The translations under genes and the position numbers were made by a program. A stretch of 64,000 nucleotides of DNA from the NCBI GenBank assembly GCA_964234715.1, contig OZ174275.1; one strand, written 5' to 3'. The notes beneath the pieces are model-generated. The model made no database searches. It saw only the letters and a program-made list of their open reading frames with translations, and was not told the origin of the DNA. The DNA is from Podarcis melisellensis (taxonomy: Eukaryota). How positions within the stretch are numbered: position 1 is the first letter of the stretch; each line of letters starts with the position of its first letter. Positions 61,521 to 64,000 of the stretch are shown in pieces.

Positions 61521-63098
61521 CAAAGCAGGTCAGGTGATCCCCATTAAAATTTCCAGATCAGGTGATGTTCCTTGATTTGTATTGCATAGCTACCGAAGGT
61601 CTACGAGCATCCTGTTTGCCACAGGGACCAACCAGATATCTATGTGTCTCCTTCCAAACGGTCACTATTTTCTGGTGAGAATCCATCACATTCCGGCAAA
61701 TTCAGGTTACACAATTAAAATTGCTTTAGGGGTCTTGTGCAACAAGGCCGTTTCCCACAAAGAGTGGCTGGGGAAACCCAGCCAGATGGGTGGGATATAA
61801 ATAAAAAAGTTGTTGTTGTTAAAATATCAGGTATAATAAGATGAGCCTGCTGGATCAGGCCAGCTAACCATCTAGTCGGCCCAGTCCTGCTGTGAATTTT
61901 ATGGCATTCAGCTTCAATGCATGCCCCCGTGTTCTCCACAATGTTCATAAATTTATGCCCTTAAATCCCGTCCCCTTTTATTCATCTTTGCTCTAAACTA
62001 CCCCCCACCCCACAATGTTTTGACCTTTCCTCATTGTGGGCTTGCTCCCCTTCTAGATAAAAGGTTCTGTTTCTGCCTCCGATTTTTGTGCGAGGAGGGC
62101 TTCTCGCCGAATGGGAGTTGTGAAGATTCTCTGGCTGATATTTATGAAGCCCTTTGACGCTGAAGAGTCAGCTGTACAGTAAATGTACTATTATCTTATT
62201 AGTCATGCAGCCTAATTATCTTGACTCGAGAGTTGCGTTATGAAAAACAAAAAGCTGAGGCAGTTTGATCAAGAGCTGTTTGAGGAGTGCTCCTCATTAG
62301 CCCAATAAAGGGCCTCCTCTCTTTTCATCAGGCGGAAGCACGGCTCCCAGGAAAACACTTGCAGTCCCGTGGATTGCAGGAATTGCATGCATAGCCCAAA
62401 GTTACATTGGCAACTTCAAGGCTTGGTTACTGAAATGCGTTTTACATGTGGCTGGTTGCCGATTTGCTAATTCACAAAGGCCTGGGCAACTTGAGTCCAA
62501 AGTCCCTTAAGGATTGCCTTTTCCTTATGTTATGCCTTGACCCCCCACGAAGATCGTCTGATGGGGTGTTTTTGTGGTTCCCCATGCCCCTGAGGTCCGG
62601 CTGGCCTTCACTAGCATCTGAGCTTTCAGAGTGGCTGGCTCTGCCCTGTGAAACTCCCCACCACTAGATGTTTGCCAGGATCCACTCCTGTCTTCTTTTA
62701 AACATCTTCTGAAAACTGCCTTCCTTAGATGGGCCTTTGAGGTATGAATTTCTCTCTCCAACCAGCCAGTTAAGCATGTTGTATTCCACGTTGATATACT
62801 GTCCTGAAAGTGTGGATTATAAATACTGTTGTAGATTTGTGGGGAACCCCCCCCCCCCAGAAATTAATAAATGGTAGGATTTTTATTGTGTGGGATAGGG
62901 ATAAAAGTACCAGCTGCCTAACTGTGCCAGACAAGGAATCCCTGGGTTGGCTTATGTAAACCAGCCTGGCTGGCCAAACAAAGAGTAAATCTGTTAACAT
63001 GAAGTCAAGCCTACCTCACAGGGTTGCTGTGAGGGTAAAATGTGGATATCACCTTGAACTCCTAGAAGGAAAGGTGGGATATAAGTGCAATGCACATA

Positions 63099-63442
63099 AG
63101 GTAAAGGGACCTCTGACCATTAGGTCCAGTCGTGACCGACTCTGGGGTTGTGGTGCTCATCTCGTTTTACTGGCCGAGGGAGCCGACGGACAGCTTCCAG
63201 GTCATGTGGCCAGCATGACTAAGCTGCTTCTGGCGAACCAGAGCAGCGCATGGAAACGCAGTTTACCTTCCCGCTGGAGCGGTACCTATTTATCTACCTG
63301 CACTTGCACGTGCTTTCAAAGGTTGGCAGGAGCAGGGACCGAGCAACAGGAGCTCACCCCGTCGCGGGGATTAGAACTATCAACCTTCTGCTCAGCAAGT
63401 CCTAGGTTCTGTGGTTTAACCCACAGTGTCACCTGTGTCCCT
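63099..63442 (-). mobile_element. Sauria SINE
   Basis: TSD GTGCAAT(G/T)CACATA at 63085-63098 and 63443-63456. Confidence 0.9.
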
Positions 63443-64000
63443 GTGCAATTCACATATGTATAGATAAAATCAACAGTTGAAAAAACAAATGTACATAATA
63501 AAATTGCCTGTCTGGGACAGGTGTGCCTGAACAAAAATGTTTTTATCAGGTGTTGAAAGCAGCAAAATGAAGGTGTCAGCTTACTATCAATAGTCAGGAA
63601 GTTCCAGAGAAATAGGTGCTGCCACACTAAGTGTGGGATAACATTAGGTACTGTTTATTCTGGGATGTCTCTTTTTACACACGCACCAATTGTCCATTAA
63701 TGGAACTGGATTTTAAGATGGAATGGTCCAATCTGACTAGCTCTGGGCATTTTGTGTATAAACGTGTAGATATCAGCTGGGAGCCTTCAGGATGAGGTGA
63801 CTTAGAAACATTAACATGAACCGGGAGTGGGCAAGGCCTGGATTCAGGGGCTTCTCTGCCTCTCTGCAGTGCCCTGTGTCATCTCTTTGGAGCTCTTCAT
63901 CCGCCCTACATTTTGCCCCTGCCTCTCTGGCCCGCCTGTGACCTGGCCCTGTGAGCACTTATCTCCTCCTGTCTCTGAAGCTCAGTGGCAGATAAGAGGA

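Noticed and set aside
1-64000. CRISPR arrays, operons or prokaryotic defence systems
   Set aside because: The sequence is vertebrate intron/exon DNA; repeated motifs are TE copies or microsatellites, with no repeat-spacer periodicity.

Overview
Vertebrate genomic DNA from a squamate reptile, most likely a lacertid lizard (Sauria SINEs, Squam3-like SINEs, BovB, young L2, CR1 and Penelope-like repeats). The only protein-coding gene I can support is the 3' end of BRF1 (TFIIIB 90 kDa subunit) on the + strand. It has four exons: 2651-2907, 44112-44163, 47354-47522 and 50197-50234 (stop). All have GT-AG boundaries and consistent phases, and one intron is 41.2 kb long. The rest is intronic or intergenic: many transposable elements, several with clean target-site duplications (TSDs), microsatellites, two N gaps and repeat-free blocks that may be conserved enhancers. 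Best second-look items: (1) a young Penelope-like GIY-YIG element with an intact minimal hammerhead ribozyme antisense to BRF1, plus a sense copy with a broken core; (2) a TSD-bounded BovB insertion with twin-priming-type 5' inversion geometry; (3) an LTR-like family apparently carrying an acidic ~140-codon ORF; (4) a candidate poison exon in the long BRF1 intron; (5) a recurrent hAT insertion site inside CR1 tails. Repeat family names come from recognition, not a database search.
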